Shown: positions 1 through 8,967 of the stretch, piece by piece
Position numbering within the stretch: position 1 is the first letter of the stretch
How the letters are laid out: the number at the start of each line of letters is the position of its first letter
DNA from: a virus
IMG/VR virus record: IMGVR_UViG_3300047382_000480
Coordinates: 32,001-96,000 of that record
DNA: 64,000 bases
Reading direction: 5' to 3' (one strand)
Made by a program: the position numbers and the translations under genes
Notes under the pieces: generated by a model
The model's database searches: none
What the model was told of the DNA's origin: nothing
Seen by the model: only the letters and a program-made list of their open reading frames with translations

Positions 1-1
1 G

Positions 2-85
2 TAAAAATGTAATTCCTGCTGCAATTAACACGATTCCATCGTGTCCCTTTCTGTTTCCGAGTTTACTTTTAATAAGATCAAGCAT
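2..85 (-). CDS. Partial small putative membrane protein (runs off the window edge)
   Basis: ATG at 85 preceded by AGGA; reads MLDLIKSKLGNRKGHDGIVLIAAGITFL with a hydrophobic segment; not in the ORF track. Confidence 0.5.
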   Translation of the reverse strand, partial: MLDLIKSKLGNRKGHDGIVLIAAGITFL

Positions 86-152
86 AGTTTTTTCCTGTTT
101 ATCCATTTTATTTTTAAGGATCATAATTTCAAATATCCCATAGGTTTTTTAT

Positions 153-1541
153 TTATAACTTAAAATTGTCATAATTAGAATTCATTTGAGTATTGAACGA
201 ATAGTCAAGAGAAGCATTACTTTTGTTTTGACCGCTATCAACTATTTGATTCTGTACTTCTTCTGTTAAATCAAACAAACGCATCTTAGATCTATCAACC
301 CCGATCATAAATCTTTTGTTAGAAGTGGGGTCGGCATATCGGTTTTTCAACTGTTTCACCATAATCTGCTGTTGTTCTTCAAGTTCTTCGGTGCTTATAA
401 GGGCAAACATAAGATCTGCCGTGGCAGGAAGACCGAATGATTCCGAAGTATCAGTCAATTCAACATCGCTGTTACCATAACCAGAACGAGTAGTCTGTGT
501 TGCAGAAACAATAGGAAGGTCGTGTTCAACGGCAAGACCTCTTAGTTCCTCAGCAATACTTTTGATAATAGTGTACGAGTTTGCATTAGAGCCTGATTTG
601 AAACGACTGCTATTACAGATGTTCAAGTAATCAATGAATATAATATCGGGAGAGAATGAACGCTTGAGTTTGAGTTCTTGTATCAATGCTTTAAAGTGAC
701 CAGCATGAGCAGATGCAGTTGGGTATTCTTTAATGATTAACTTACCATCAATCTTGTTTCTAATTTTATTTACCCGATCATCAAACATTTTCTTCGGAAG
801 ATCTTTTAAATCACCGATGGGCACGTTCATCATATTAGCATCAATACGTTCAGCAATTCTTTCTTCAGCCATTTCTAGAGTGATGTAGAGAACATTTTTA
901 CCTTGTGAGATACAAGCTGCAGCCATATGACACATGAACAAAGACTTACCAACACCAGTACCAGCCAAAGCAATATTCAGTGTTTTATTTGGAAGACCGC
1001 CATCAGTAATTTTGTTGAAGTAATCAAGATCAAATGGAATCTTTTCTTCAACACGATTATAGAACTCAAACCGATCATTTGCATTTTCAATATAATCGTG
1101 ACCAATATTATTATCAAACCCGACTGACAAAGCATCTGATAACAGAGAAGGTAGAGCATCTTTAGACCTTTCCTTGTCTGATCCGTCAATAATCTGAATA
1201 CTATCCATGATAGCATTATAGACTGCTTTATCTTTACAAAACTTCTCGGTTTCATCTATAAGCCATTGTTCATCGGCTTCAAGAGTATTCAACCCATTTA
1301 TAAGGGTCTCGCACTGAACATACAAATCTTCGCTAATTTTTCTATCGTCTTGAAGAGCAATCAACAATACACCTTTAGTTGGTGGATTATTATACTTCGC
1401 AACATAGTCAAAGATTTTCTCGAATACAATCCTGTCATCTGATTCGGTAAAATAACTTGACTTTAGGAAAGGAGTGACCTTACGGACATACTCTTCATTA
1501 GTCACTAGATTCGATAAAATTTGTGTCTCTATTCTCATCAA
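153..1541 (-). CDS. gp41: Replicative DNA helicase, T4 gp41-like (DnaB family)
   Basis: Walker A AGTGVGKS, YITLEMAEE, IFIDYLN, SATQTTR, ESFGLPATAD, LKNRY motifs; probable ATG at 1538. Confidence 0.96.
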   Translation of the reverse strand: MMRIETQILSNLVTNEEYVRKVTPFLKSSYFTESDDRIVFEKIFDYVAKYNNPPTKGVLLIALQDDRKISEDLYVQCETLINGLNTLEADEQWLIDETEKFCKDKAVYNAIMDSIQIIDGSDKERSKDALPSLLSDALSVGFDNNIGHDYIENANDRFEFYNRVEEKIPFDLDYFNKITDGGLPNKTLNIALAGTGVGKSLFMCHMAAACISQGKNVLYITLEMAEERIAERIDANMMNVPIGDLKDLPKKMFDDRVNKIRNKIDGKLIIKEYPTASAHAGHFKALIQELKLKRSFSPDIIFIDYLNICNSSRFKSGSNANSYTIIKSIAEELRGLAVEHDLPIVSATQTTRSGYGNSDVELTDTSESFGLPATADLMFALISTEELEEQQQIMVKQLKNRYADPTSNKRFMIGVDRSKMRLFDLTEEVQNQIVDSGQNKSNASLDYSFNTQMNSNYDNFKL

Positions 1542-1677
1542 TAAATTCTCTTCTCACTCGTTCAACACAGTCTTCGCAAAGACCAATATCACCATCAGGT
1601 GTTTGAAACACAATAGCAGGTGTTTGTGTCTCTATTGTACACGAACAACTGTCACAAGTCAAGCATTCTTTACTCAT
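1498..1677 (-). CDS. Small Cys-rich putative zinc-ribbon protein (59 aa)
   Basis: Read by hand: MSKECLTCDSCSCTIETQ...GLCEDCVERVRREF...; ATG overlaps the uvsX end and the ORF fills the uvsX-gp41 gap; CxxC...CxxC. Confidence 0.6.
   Translation of the reverse strand: MSKECLTCDSCSCTIETQTPAIVFQTPDGDIGLCEDCVERVRREFIDENRDTNFIESSD
1634..1662 (-). promoter_or_regulatory. Sigma70-type promoter upstream of gp41
   Basis: Minus strand TTGACT-17 nt-TACAAT. Confidence 0.65.
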
Positions 1678-2737
1678 ATGCTTCTGCTATATCTTCGTCA
1701 GATACTTCATCCTGCATAATAGAACCAGAGGAAATCAAATACCTTGACTCAATCCAAGAGGTGAAGGAATGATCAGACAAAATAGGCAACCAGAAATCTT
1801 TGTTATGAGTTTCTTTTGCTCGATAATTCTTACTGTCTGGACCATTTGCAGCAACTTGATACCACCCGACTTTTGGTTTGACCACGTGACCAGATTCCAT
1901 AGCCATATCTAATAATCCAGACCACTTACTGATACCACCTTCAAATGATACCTCTACTGGAATCTTTGATTTCTCTCGAACATAACGTGACTTCTCAACA
2001 TTAATGATAAAATTATATCCTGTTATATCAGTACCAGTTTTTTCTTGCTGTCTACCAATGATATAGATGTTATCAGCAGAGTAGTAAATTCCTGTACCAC
2101 CCGATACAATTGCTTTCGGGAACATACCAATTTCCATATAAGTGTGATTCACAACTACAGCAGGGATATCTTTAATAGACAAATGGGGTGTGATCATACG
2201 GAATAAAGACTTCATCTGTTTAGCACGAGTCATATCAGCGACTGACTTACCATCTAGCGCATCATCTACTTCTTTCTTTGAAGCCAAATTACCGACTGAA
2301 TCAACAACTATAATGACGTGATCGCCACGCTCAATGTTATTAAGTTGAGACATCATATCGTGCTTTAGTTGCTCAATATCTGTAATCGGTGTATGCATGA
2401 TACGATCTGTATCAATACCGAAACTGTCGAAGTAACCCTGTGGCGCACCAAACTCTGAATCATAGAACAAAACAACAGCATCATCATATTTGTCTAGATA
2501 TGCTTTGATCATCAACATAGCGAATGCTGTTTTGAAGTGCTTACTTGGTCCAGCAAAAACTGTAAGACCAGGAGTTAAACCGCCATCAAGGCGACCACTC
2601 AATGCTACGTTCAACGCTGGAACTGATGTTTGAATCAAGTCCTTAGTGTTGAAGAACTTTGAATTTGATAGAACATTTGACTCTTTGATAGTCGAGTTCT
2701 TTTGTAGTTTATCTATAAGGCTCATTTTAATCTCCAA
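1670..2737 (-). CDS. uvsX: RecA-like recombinase UvsX
   Basis: AGPSKHFKT P-loop, FYDSEFG, DSVGNLASKKE, KSVADMTRAK; likely start MSLIDK at 2725. Confidence 0.96.
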   Translation of the reverse strand: MEIKMSLIDKLQKNSTIKESNVLSNSKFFNTKDLIQTSVPALNVALSGRLDGGLTPGLTVFAGPSKHFKTAFAMLMIKAYLDKYDDAVVLFYDSEFGAPQGYFDSFGIDTDRIMHTPITDIEQLKHDMMSQLNNIERGDHVIIVVDSVGNLASKKEVDDALDGKSVADMTRAKQMKSLFRMITPHLSIKDIPAVVVNHTYMEIGMFPKAIVSGGTGIYYSADNIYIIGRQQEKTGTDITGYNFIINVEKSRYVREKSKIPVEVSFEGGISKWSGLLDMAMESGHVVKPKVGWYQVAANGPDSKNYRAKETHNKDFWLPILSDHSFTSWIESRYLISSGSIMQDEVSDEDIAEAYE

Positions 2738-3191
2738 TAATATAGGGAATTCTATTTACAAGGTCTTCATAACTTTCATCAAAAATACTTATTTTGAGGA
2801 GGATCCTTTCCTGATCTTCAGCATCAACCCCATGTAATCTAGTCGTATTGAGGATAGCTTGTTCATAAGTATATTCACTGTCCTCAACCTTAACAGGCGC
2901 AGGGTTATCTGTTAAAACAAAATTAATCGAACATGTGGTGTTGTTATCTACGTGCATTGGCAACGCAAAATTAGGTTGTTTCCAATAAAACCTCGGACTT
3001 CCATTCACTCCAAGGTCTTTCATAATCTCATCAATATAGTCATCAGTATACTCTAAAATCAACCAAGAGTCAAGTTCTAATCCTGGATATCTTGAATCAG
3101 TATATGGATCTGCAAGATGCTTAACGCTTTCTGCCAAAGCAAGCAACCTATCCTTGTCGATCGGGTAGTTTAGATGAGTGACTGGGGTCAT
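2727..3191 (-). CDS. Putative cupin / 2OG-Fe(II) oxygenase-like protein
   Basis: HxD (MHVD) followed by CSINFVL, a distal His (RLHGV) and Arg (RILL). Confidence 0.55.
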   Translation of the reverse strand: MTPVTHLNYPIDKDRLLALAESVKHLADPYTDSRYPGLELDSWLILEYTDDYIDEIMKDLGVNGSPRFYWKQPNFALPMHVDNNTTCSINFVLTDNPAPVKVEDSEYTYEQAILNTTRLHGVDAEDQERILLKISIFDESYEDLVNRIPYIIGD

Positions 3192-3541
3192 AAAACTTTT
3201 GCGATATCTGGTTTGAAATATGTATCTGGTTTCATTACCTTACCATTCTTATCTTTTATAACTTTACCATCAACACACTTGCTCATATTTGATTCTCTGA
3301 CTTCACGCCAGACATCATCAAAAGGAATACCTAGTGTATTAGCCATCCCCAAGATTACCCAGACCATGTCTGCTAACCCATCAGCAACCTCAACCTTGTC
3401 TCCCTTTTCAAACCCATCAACAGTTTCTTGCCATTCTTCTTTGATGAGTTCCATATACAAATATGCTTGCGCTGATTTCATACCAACATCGCTTGGTTGA
3501 TCACACGCATCCATAAATTTTTTAACGTCTATTTGATACAT
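3188..3541 (-). CDS. MazG-like / all-alpha NTP pyrophosphohydrolase
   Basis: LIKEEWQE...EVADGLADMVWV...EVRESNMSK...GKVMKP pattern. Confidence 0.8.
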   Translation of the reverse strand: MYQIDVKKFMDACDQPSDVGMKSAQAYLYMELIKEEWQETVDGFEKGDKVEVADGLADMVWVILGMANTLGIPFDDVWREVRESNMSKCVDGKVIKDKNGKVMKPDTYFKPDIAKVL

Positions 3542-6060
3542 TATCCGAATAAATCCTCTAGTGTGGCTACTGGTTTAGATTTCCAACCAATGCTCTCTGC
3601 GACAGTATTTAGCGGTTCGATAAATGCTTTTTCAAACATCAATTCATAATCGATATACTTATGCAAGTCGAACTCAGGTGGAACCTTTGAAGCGAATGCA
3701 ATAATATTCTCACCGAGAGTGTTTGGTTCTTTTAAATATACAAACTTGATTTTATCGCCCTCGTTTATTAGAGGATATTTCATATCAAGTTTGCGCTTTT
3801 TCAACTCGTGGTTATACAACAATGCTCCACGAACCTGAATTGGTGTTCCCTTTTGATAGATGTCAGAGGTAGAACTATACTTAATTAAATTATTACAACC
3901 TCGAGGGAATGAAATCTGCTCAACAGGTCTTTGTTTAAAGTCATTCCAATTAGTTTCAACAAAGTTCTGCAAGGCAGTTTGGTCTTTAGTCAAACAAATA
4001 TTTACTGCTTCTTTCAAACTTTCTCGCACAGGCGCAGGCGTAGAGGAACGAACAATCTCCAGACCCATAGCTTTCAATTTGGGTTGTTCATAACGAACAC
4101 CCTCGTTGTCCCAGACGTTCAGAGCATATCGTTTCTTGGCAACCCAAATACCTTTATCGGCAATCGCCTCACGTTTGAAGAAGATCTTCTCCTCGTATGC
4201 ATTTGTGTACTCAGCTAACTTAGTCATTGCCTTTGCGATTGCTGGTTCAATCTTTTCCTCGCCAATCTTATCCAAGACATCAACGACCTTTTCTGTGGGC
4301 ATATCCTTGAAGAACTTCTTAACAAGTTTGTCCATTGTAATATAACAAGAATCTGTGTCAGAATAGAAAGAGTAGACTTCACCTTCTGTACCACAAACCT
4401 CGTTTAAATATTCATCAAGTGCCTTTGCAGTTTCTCGGATAATAAACTGCCCTGATAATGTGATACCCTCGGCAATCCTGTCATCATAATATCTAAAATA
4501 CTGGTTAGCCATCGCACCATAAAGGCTGTTCAATTGAATTTTACGAGCCATTTGGAAGTTGTTGTATTTTGCGATCTTGGCTTTGAGTGAGGGATCTTTT
4601 GTTTTCTCAAACTCCCGCTCAGTTTCTTTCATCAACTTCTTATACTTTTGGCGATCATCAAAGAATGTTTGAGTAATCTCAGCAAAGACACCCTGTTTAT
4701 GCCGAGAAAACTTAGCACCATTTGCAGCAACAGCATGCTGAGTTTCAATAGTTGTATCTCGGCTTAACAATTTATCAACACTAGTATCGATAGATGCCTC
4801 ATCAGATACTAGAGTTTCGGGTGACATATTGTATTGCATAATGATAGAAGGATAAAGAGAGGTGGCGTCAAAACTCAGCACCCAATCATACCCACCCACT
4901 TTGGGTTGCTGAACATACGCACCCTCAATAGTTCTCCCTTGATTATCTTTCTTCTGAGGAATCATAATATTTTTCTTCAGAAGGTGATTATATAAGAGGC
5001 AATCCCAAGTACGAACTGACGAATAAATGTCGTTTAGATTACACTTTGCATCATATGCCATCGTAGCAATCAACTCTATGAGTTTCATCTTGTCTTCAAG
5101 CTCATCAACAAGTTTACTATCGATTATGTTATAGTCTACAAATCTATTCCAATCTTTCTCATAAAACTCTTTGAACGTATCATAATTGTTTTCAAGTTTT
5201 TTGTGACCAAGTTCTACCTCAGCAATATAGTCCAGCTTGTAAGACTCTCGGACTTGGTATGTAAACTTCTTATACAAATCAAGATAGTCAAGTTGAGCAA
5301 CACCCTTTATATCATACAAGGTGTGTTCACGACCCATCATTTTAATGCTTTTCTTGCGAGTCATATTGAATGGACTAAAACCATTCTTGACTTTATTTTG
5401 CTTTTGTTCGTCTTGACCACCGAGTACTCTAGCACATCGGCTCATAAGATACGGAATATCAAAAAACTCAATATTCCAACCTGTGATAATATCTGGAGTA
5501 TTTTGAAACCACCACGTACCAAATTTGGTCAACAACTCATATTCGTCAACACAAGACTCATACTTGATGTTTAGATCCTTAACTTCTTCAGATTGAGGAT
5601 CCCAGTCGCCTTCACCCCATGTAAGTATCTCTTTGGTGTTGTTATCAACCACAGTTATGAGGGTTATGCGCTCCTTTGGATTGTCAACATCGGGGAATCC
5701 ATGCTCGGTTGTGGTCTCAATATCCAAAGACTGGATATTCATAACCGACATATCAAAGGGAACTTCGTCAGGATATCGATCGGAAAGATATTGATAGGTC
5801 AGATCAGTCTGACCATATATCGGATAATTACCAATCCCTTCATAGCTTTGAACAAACTCCCGACAATCAGAAGCATTAGTAAACTCCACTGGTTTTAAGT
5901 TTTCGCCATAGAGTCCCTTGATGCCTGATTCTTCGGGAGATCGAACATATAACTTTGGTTTGAAAGAAGGGTCGCTTTCAGTGAACGCAACCCCATCGCG
6001 GTATCCTCTGGTCAATACGTTTTTTCCGTATTGCCAACAATATGTATAAAATTCAGTCAT
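3541..6060 (-). CDS. gp43: Family B DNA polymerase, T4 gp43-like
   Basis: Exo I DIET, GWNIEFFDIPY, DATSLYPSII, KIQLNSLYG, YSDTDS, KKRYALN. Confidence 0.98.
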   Translation of the reverse strand: MTEFYTYCWQYGKNVLTRGYRDGVAFTESDPSFKPKLYVRSPEESGIKGLYGENLKPVEFTNASDCREFVQSYEGIGNYPIYGQTDLTYQYLSDRYPDEVPFDMSVMNIQSLDIETTTEHGFPDVDNPKERITLITVVDNNTKEILTWGEGDWDPQSEEVKDLNIKYESCVDEYELLTKFGTWWFQNTPDIITGWNIEFFDIPYLMSRCARVLGGQDEQKQNKVKNGFSPFNMTRKKSIKMMGREHTLYDIKGVAQLDYLDLYKKFTYQVRESYKLDYIAEVELGHKKLENNYDTFKEFYEKDWNRFVDYNIIDSKLVDELEDKMKLIELIATMAYDAKCNLNDIYSSVRTWDCLLYNHLLKKNIMIPQKKDNQGRTIEGAYVQQPKVGGYDWVLSFDATSLYPSIIMQYNMSPETLVSDEASIDTSVDKLLSRDTTIETQHAVAANGAKFSRHKQGVFAEITQTFFDDRQKYKKLMKETEREFEKTKDPSLKAKIAKYNNFQMARKIQLNSLYGAMANQYFRYYDDRIAEGITLSGQFIIRETAKALDEYLNEVCGTEGEVYSFYSDTDSCYITMDKLVKKFFKDMPTEKVVDVLDKIGEEKIEPAIAKAMTKLAEYTNAYEEKIFFKREAIADKGIWVAKKRYALNVWDNEGVRYEQPKLKAMGLEIVRSSTPAPVRESLKEAVNICLTKDQTALQNFVETNWNDFKQRPVEQISFPRGCNNLIKYSSTSDIYQKGTPIQVRGALLYNHELKKRKLDMKYPLINEGDKIKFVYLKEPNTLGENIIAFASKVPPEFDLHKYIDYELMFEKAFIEPLNTVAESIGWKSKPVATLEDLFG

Positions 6061-6066
6061 GAGTAG

Positions 6067-6095
6067 ATTATACCCTCATCAGGCATAAAAGTCAA
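6067..6095 (-). promoter_or_regulatory. Sigma70-type promoter of gp43 (apparently leaderless)
   Basis: TTGACT-17-TATAAT, then only 6 nt (CTACTC) before the ATG. Confidence 0.85.
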
Positions 6096-6103
6096 GCACT
6101 AAA

Positions 6104-6490
6104 TTAAGTAATTATACTTTGTTGTTTTGGAGCAATGATTTCTTTCTTTGGAGTGATAAGACTGCTACCATAGTGATTCTTATACTCACTCTTCATTTGA
6201 TCGCTTGGTTGCATAACACCAATAACGTGCTGAGGCATAATGTGAATTGTATTCTCGTGAGCATATGGAGCGTATGGCGCAAGACCGATACTAAACTTGC
6301 TTCCATCTTTGTCGTTGTCAGCAGGTTGAAGAATGATTACAGCTGGCTTTGATAATACGATGATTTGACGATCTTGAACAACAACGTCTTGTACTTCACC
6401 GATTACTTCTTCACCAGAAGCTAATTTAAGAATTTGAATATGGGGTTCAGCTTTAGCTTCGGGTGTTTCTTTTTCTTTATCTTTACTCAT
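6104..6490 (-). CDS. Conserved hypothetical protein (Sm-like beta fold, typical between hsp20 and gp43)
   Basis: ILKLASGEEVIG...LAPYAPY...YKNHYGS pattern; synteny. Confidence 0.7.
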   Translation of the reverse strand: MSKDKEKETPEAKAEPHIQILKLASGEEVIGEVQDVVVQDRQIIVLSKPAVIILQPADNDKDGSKFSIGLAPYAPYAHENTIHIMPQHVIGVMQPSDQMKSEYKNHYGSSLITPKKEIIAPKQQSIIT

Positions 6491-6507
6491 AATATAGTTC
6501 CTATGTT

Positions 6508-6538
6508 GGGGGAGCAGTATCGCTCCCCCTTATTTATT
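6508..6538. terminator. GC-rich hairpin between hsp20 and the downstream gene
   Basis: GGGGGAGC-agtatc-GCTCCCCC perfect 8 bp stem; T-rich tail only on the + strand. Confidence 0.55.
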
Positions 6539-6992
6539 ATTCCTGGAGGAATTGTTTTTTGATTGAGATGTTTTTTGGCTTACGCTCCTCTGGGACAATA
6601 TGTTCTAGAGAAATAGTAAGAATGCCATCAGAAAAACCTGCACCTACGACTTCAACATCCTGATTCAATGCAAATGTCTTGGTAAAATTTCTAGAACCAA
6701 TACCTTTGTGAACGAAAGTTCGATCATCATCTTCTGATTGAATCCCCTGAACGACAAGTTTGTTCCCTTCTGGGACTTGCGTTATTGTCAACTCTTCATC
6801 GGTGAACCCAGCTGCAGCAAATTCAATTGTGTATTTGCTATCGCCTTCGTCGACAATATTATAGGGTGGATAATTATTGGAAAGTTCTGCCACATTATTT
6901 AGATTGTCAAACAAATGATCAAACCCAATAGTGAATGGGGCAATATTATTTGCGATATCGTGAAGATCGCGTGCTCTGAATTTAGTAACCAT
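6537..6992 (-). CDS. hsp20: Small heat shock protein (Hsp20/IbpA family)
   Basis: IGFD, NYPPYNI, AGF, HKGIGSRNFTKTF, DGILTISLE, PEERKP..I.I. Confidence 0.95.
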   Translation of the reverse strand: MVTKFRARDLHDIANNIAPFTIGFDHLFDNLNNVAELSNNYPPYNIVDEGDSKYTIEFAAAGFTDEELTITQVPEGNKLVVQGIQSEDDDRTFVHKGIGSRNFTKTFALNQDVEVVGAGFSDGILTISLEHIVPEERKPKNISIKKQFLQE

Positions 6993-7047
6993 TTCGGTCT
7001 CCTTATATTAAGCGAGTTATGTTTATGCGACCCAAATGGCGTCGCAT
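6993..7047 (-). promoter_or_regulatory. ROSE-like RNA thermometer in the hsp20 5' UTR
   Basis: CUC-G-CUUA-AUA-UAAG-GAG hairpin sequesters the SD with a bulged G; upstream hairpin AUGCGAC...GUCGCAU. Confidence 0.65.
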
Positions 7048-7051
7048 GTTT

Positions 7052-7081
7052 ATTATATAATATTTAAAACTAAAAAGTCAA
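7052..7081 (-). promoter_or_regulatory. Sigma70-type promoter of hsp20
   Basis: TTGACT-18-TATAAT. Confidence 0.6.
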
Positions 7082-7495
7082 TTACTTTTTGCCAATATTA
7101 TATTTGGTTATCAGTTCCCAATCGTTCTTTTCTTTGAACGAGAGAACCTTAATCTGAGATAGCGGTGCTTGTTCAGCATGCTTCTCTTCAGATACTATTG
7201 TCATCAAACCCCAATCTGAAAGTAACTTAGCAATCGTGTTTCGTCTTTCTAAGTCACCTTCACCAAAATCTGCTGCCTTACCATCAAGCGCAAACAGTTC
7301 TTTAAAGTGTGTGATGAAATATCTACCTTTCTTGTGTAATATGTGACAAGACTGGTATAAAATTTGTTCTTTTCTGGAGGCAACGCCAATGCGGGATAAT
7401 GTTTCTCTTATTTTTAGAAAGTCATCTGCATCTTTTAAAGTGATTTCTAGCGGTGCATATCCAGGATATTCAATCTGGAAGAAATCTTCACTCAT
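7082..7495 (-). CDS. regA: Translational repressor RegA
   Basis: DDFLKIRETLSRIGVAS, LYQSCHILHKKGRYFITHFKELFALDG. Confidence 0.97.
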   Translation of the reverse strand: MSEDFFQIEYPGYAPLEITLKDADDFLKIRETLSRIGVASRKEQILYQSCHILHKKGRYFITHFKELFALDGKAADFGEGDLERRNTIAKLLSDWGLMTIVSEEKHAEQAPLSQIKVLSFKEKNDWELITKYNIGKK

Positions 7496-7532
7496 TATAA
7501 ATCCTTGTTATTCTTTTAAGAGTGTTCGGATT

Positions 7533-7540
7533 TATTTATA
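7533..7540 (-). promoter_or_regulatory. T4-type late promoter upstream of regA
   Basis: Intergenic TATAAATA on the minus strand. Confidence 0.6.
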
Positions 7541-7558
7541 AAATTGAGTATATTGGGA

Positions 7559-8002
7559 TTACTTCCCACCCTTGTTCAGTTTCTTCTTAATAGCATCTAG
7601 TTGAGACTCTGTCAAGATTCTTAATGCGCCTTGAGCATGAGTATCATTGTATCCATAATATTCTTTGACTGTGGCTAAATCTTCTTCTTTGATTGGCTTC
7701 AGCCATTTATTAAATCTTTTTTTCGGACGAACAATACCACGAAGAAAATCAAACTGCGCTTTCTTATCAATATGTGGTCGGCTGTTCATTTCATTACAAG
7801 CAATGACAGTATCCGCACCATAACTCAGTGCCTTATTGATTATGAATGCATTGTATTGTTTTTCAGACCAGTCGTCTACGATTAAATTTTGTTTGGTGTG
7901 ATGGATAGCATTGACGAATTCAAAGGGACTGATTGCCTTTTTCTTTACTTTGAATTGTTCCTCGTCTAGCGATACAACTGGATCGCCCATACCCTCAAGC
8001 AT
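7559..8002 (-). CDS. gp62: Clamp loader small subunit gp62
   Basis: YNAFIINKALS, EMN, QFDFL...RPKKRFNKW, VKEYYGY; lies between gp44 and regA. Confidence 0.92.
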   Translation of the reverse strand: MLEGMGDPVVSLDEEQFKVKKKAISPFEFVNAIHHTKQNLIVDDWSEKQYNAFIINKALSYGADTVIACNEMNSRPHIDKKAQFDFLRGIVRPKKRFNKWLKPIKEEDLATVKEYYGYNDTHAQGALRILTESQLDAIKKKLNKGGK

Positions 8003-8008
8003 TATACA

Positions 8009-8950
8009 TTACCCCTTGAGTTCAACATTCGCCATAATCTCTGTGAGGCAAGCTGTCAGATTAATTTCTTGATCGGCAACAAATGCTGCCTTGTATTGGT
8101 AATCTGCAATTAGAAGAACAAGCTGGGGAACCTGACTGACTTTATCTATCAAAGTGTCGTAAATTTTACGATATACACCTTGCGGATCTGAATCCACATT
8201 ATTAGCAACCCACTGTCGCATTTTCTTCCAGTCTTTGTCTCGAAGGCTGTCAACTAGTGCCTTCGTATTCACTTCAGCAAGGTTTGACAAAATACCTTCA
8301 TCAATCTTACCAGAAACACTATAGCGTTGCAATTCATTGAGGACACGTCGATAGTCTGGAAAATGTTTCATTAAAAGTTCAGCAAGGACTTTTTCAGAAT
8401 ATTCAACATTTTCTTGGTCGAGGATACCAGTCATTCGCTTCATAAAGCGAGAAGCCATTTGTTGGCGATTGGTTTTATCGAGTTTAAAATCCACGACAGT
8501 TGTTCGACTGTGTAGCGGTTCAATGATCCTGTTTCTATAGTTACAGGTAAAAATGAACCGACAGTTTTTAGAAAACTCCTCAATGAATGCACGCAAGGCA
8601 GGTTGTGTTGAATTGGGGTTCAGATAATCTGCTTCATCAAGTATGACCACCTTTGGCTTGCCCTCAAAGGACACAGTGCTGGCAAAGTCTTTTATCTTTG
8701 TCCGAAGAACATCGATACCAGACTCTTCAGAGCCATTGATAATAATATAGTCACACCCCAATTCGTTACACAAAGCACGAGCAACTGTCGTTTTTCCCGT
8801 GCCAGCAGTACCACATAATAACAAGTTTGAAATCTCTCCAGCGTCCACAAACTGTTGAAATGTATTCAAGAGAGAGGAGGGAAGGATACATTCCTCCAGT
8901 TTTTGTGGGCGATATTTCTCAACCCAAAGAAATTCATCTTGTTTTTTCAT
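8009..8950 (-). CDS. gp44: Clamp loader AAA+ subunit gp44
   Basis: LWVEKYRP, GTAGTGKTT, ILDEAD, PLHSR, FPDYRR. Confidence 0.97.
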   Translation of the reverse strand: MKKQDEFLWVEKYRPQKLEECILPSSLLNTFQQFVDAGEISNLLLCGTAGTGKTTVARALCNELGCDYIIINGSEESGIDVLRTKIKDFASTVSFEGKPKVVILDEADYLNPNSTQPALRAFIEEFSKNCRFIFTCNYRNRIIEPLHSRTTVVDFKLDKTNRQQMASRFMKRMTGILDQENVEYSEKVLAELLMKHFPDYRRVLNELQRYSVSGKIDEGILSNLAEVNTKALVDSLRDKDWKKMRQWVANNVDSDPQGVYRKIYDTLIDKVSQVPQLVLLIADYQYKAAFVADQEINLTACLTEIMANVELKG

Positions 8951-8967
8951 ATAGTACTCCTAACCAC

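Noticed and set aside
3541-6060. Intein, intron or homing endonuclease in gp43 (also checked gp41, gp17, uvsW, gp46)
   Set aside because: Lengths are ordinary, motifs are contiguous, and no splice-junction or LAGLIDADG/HNH/GIY-YIG motifs were seen.
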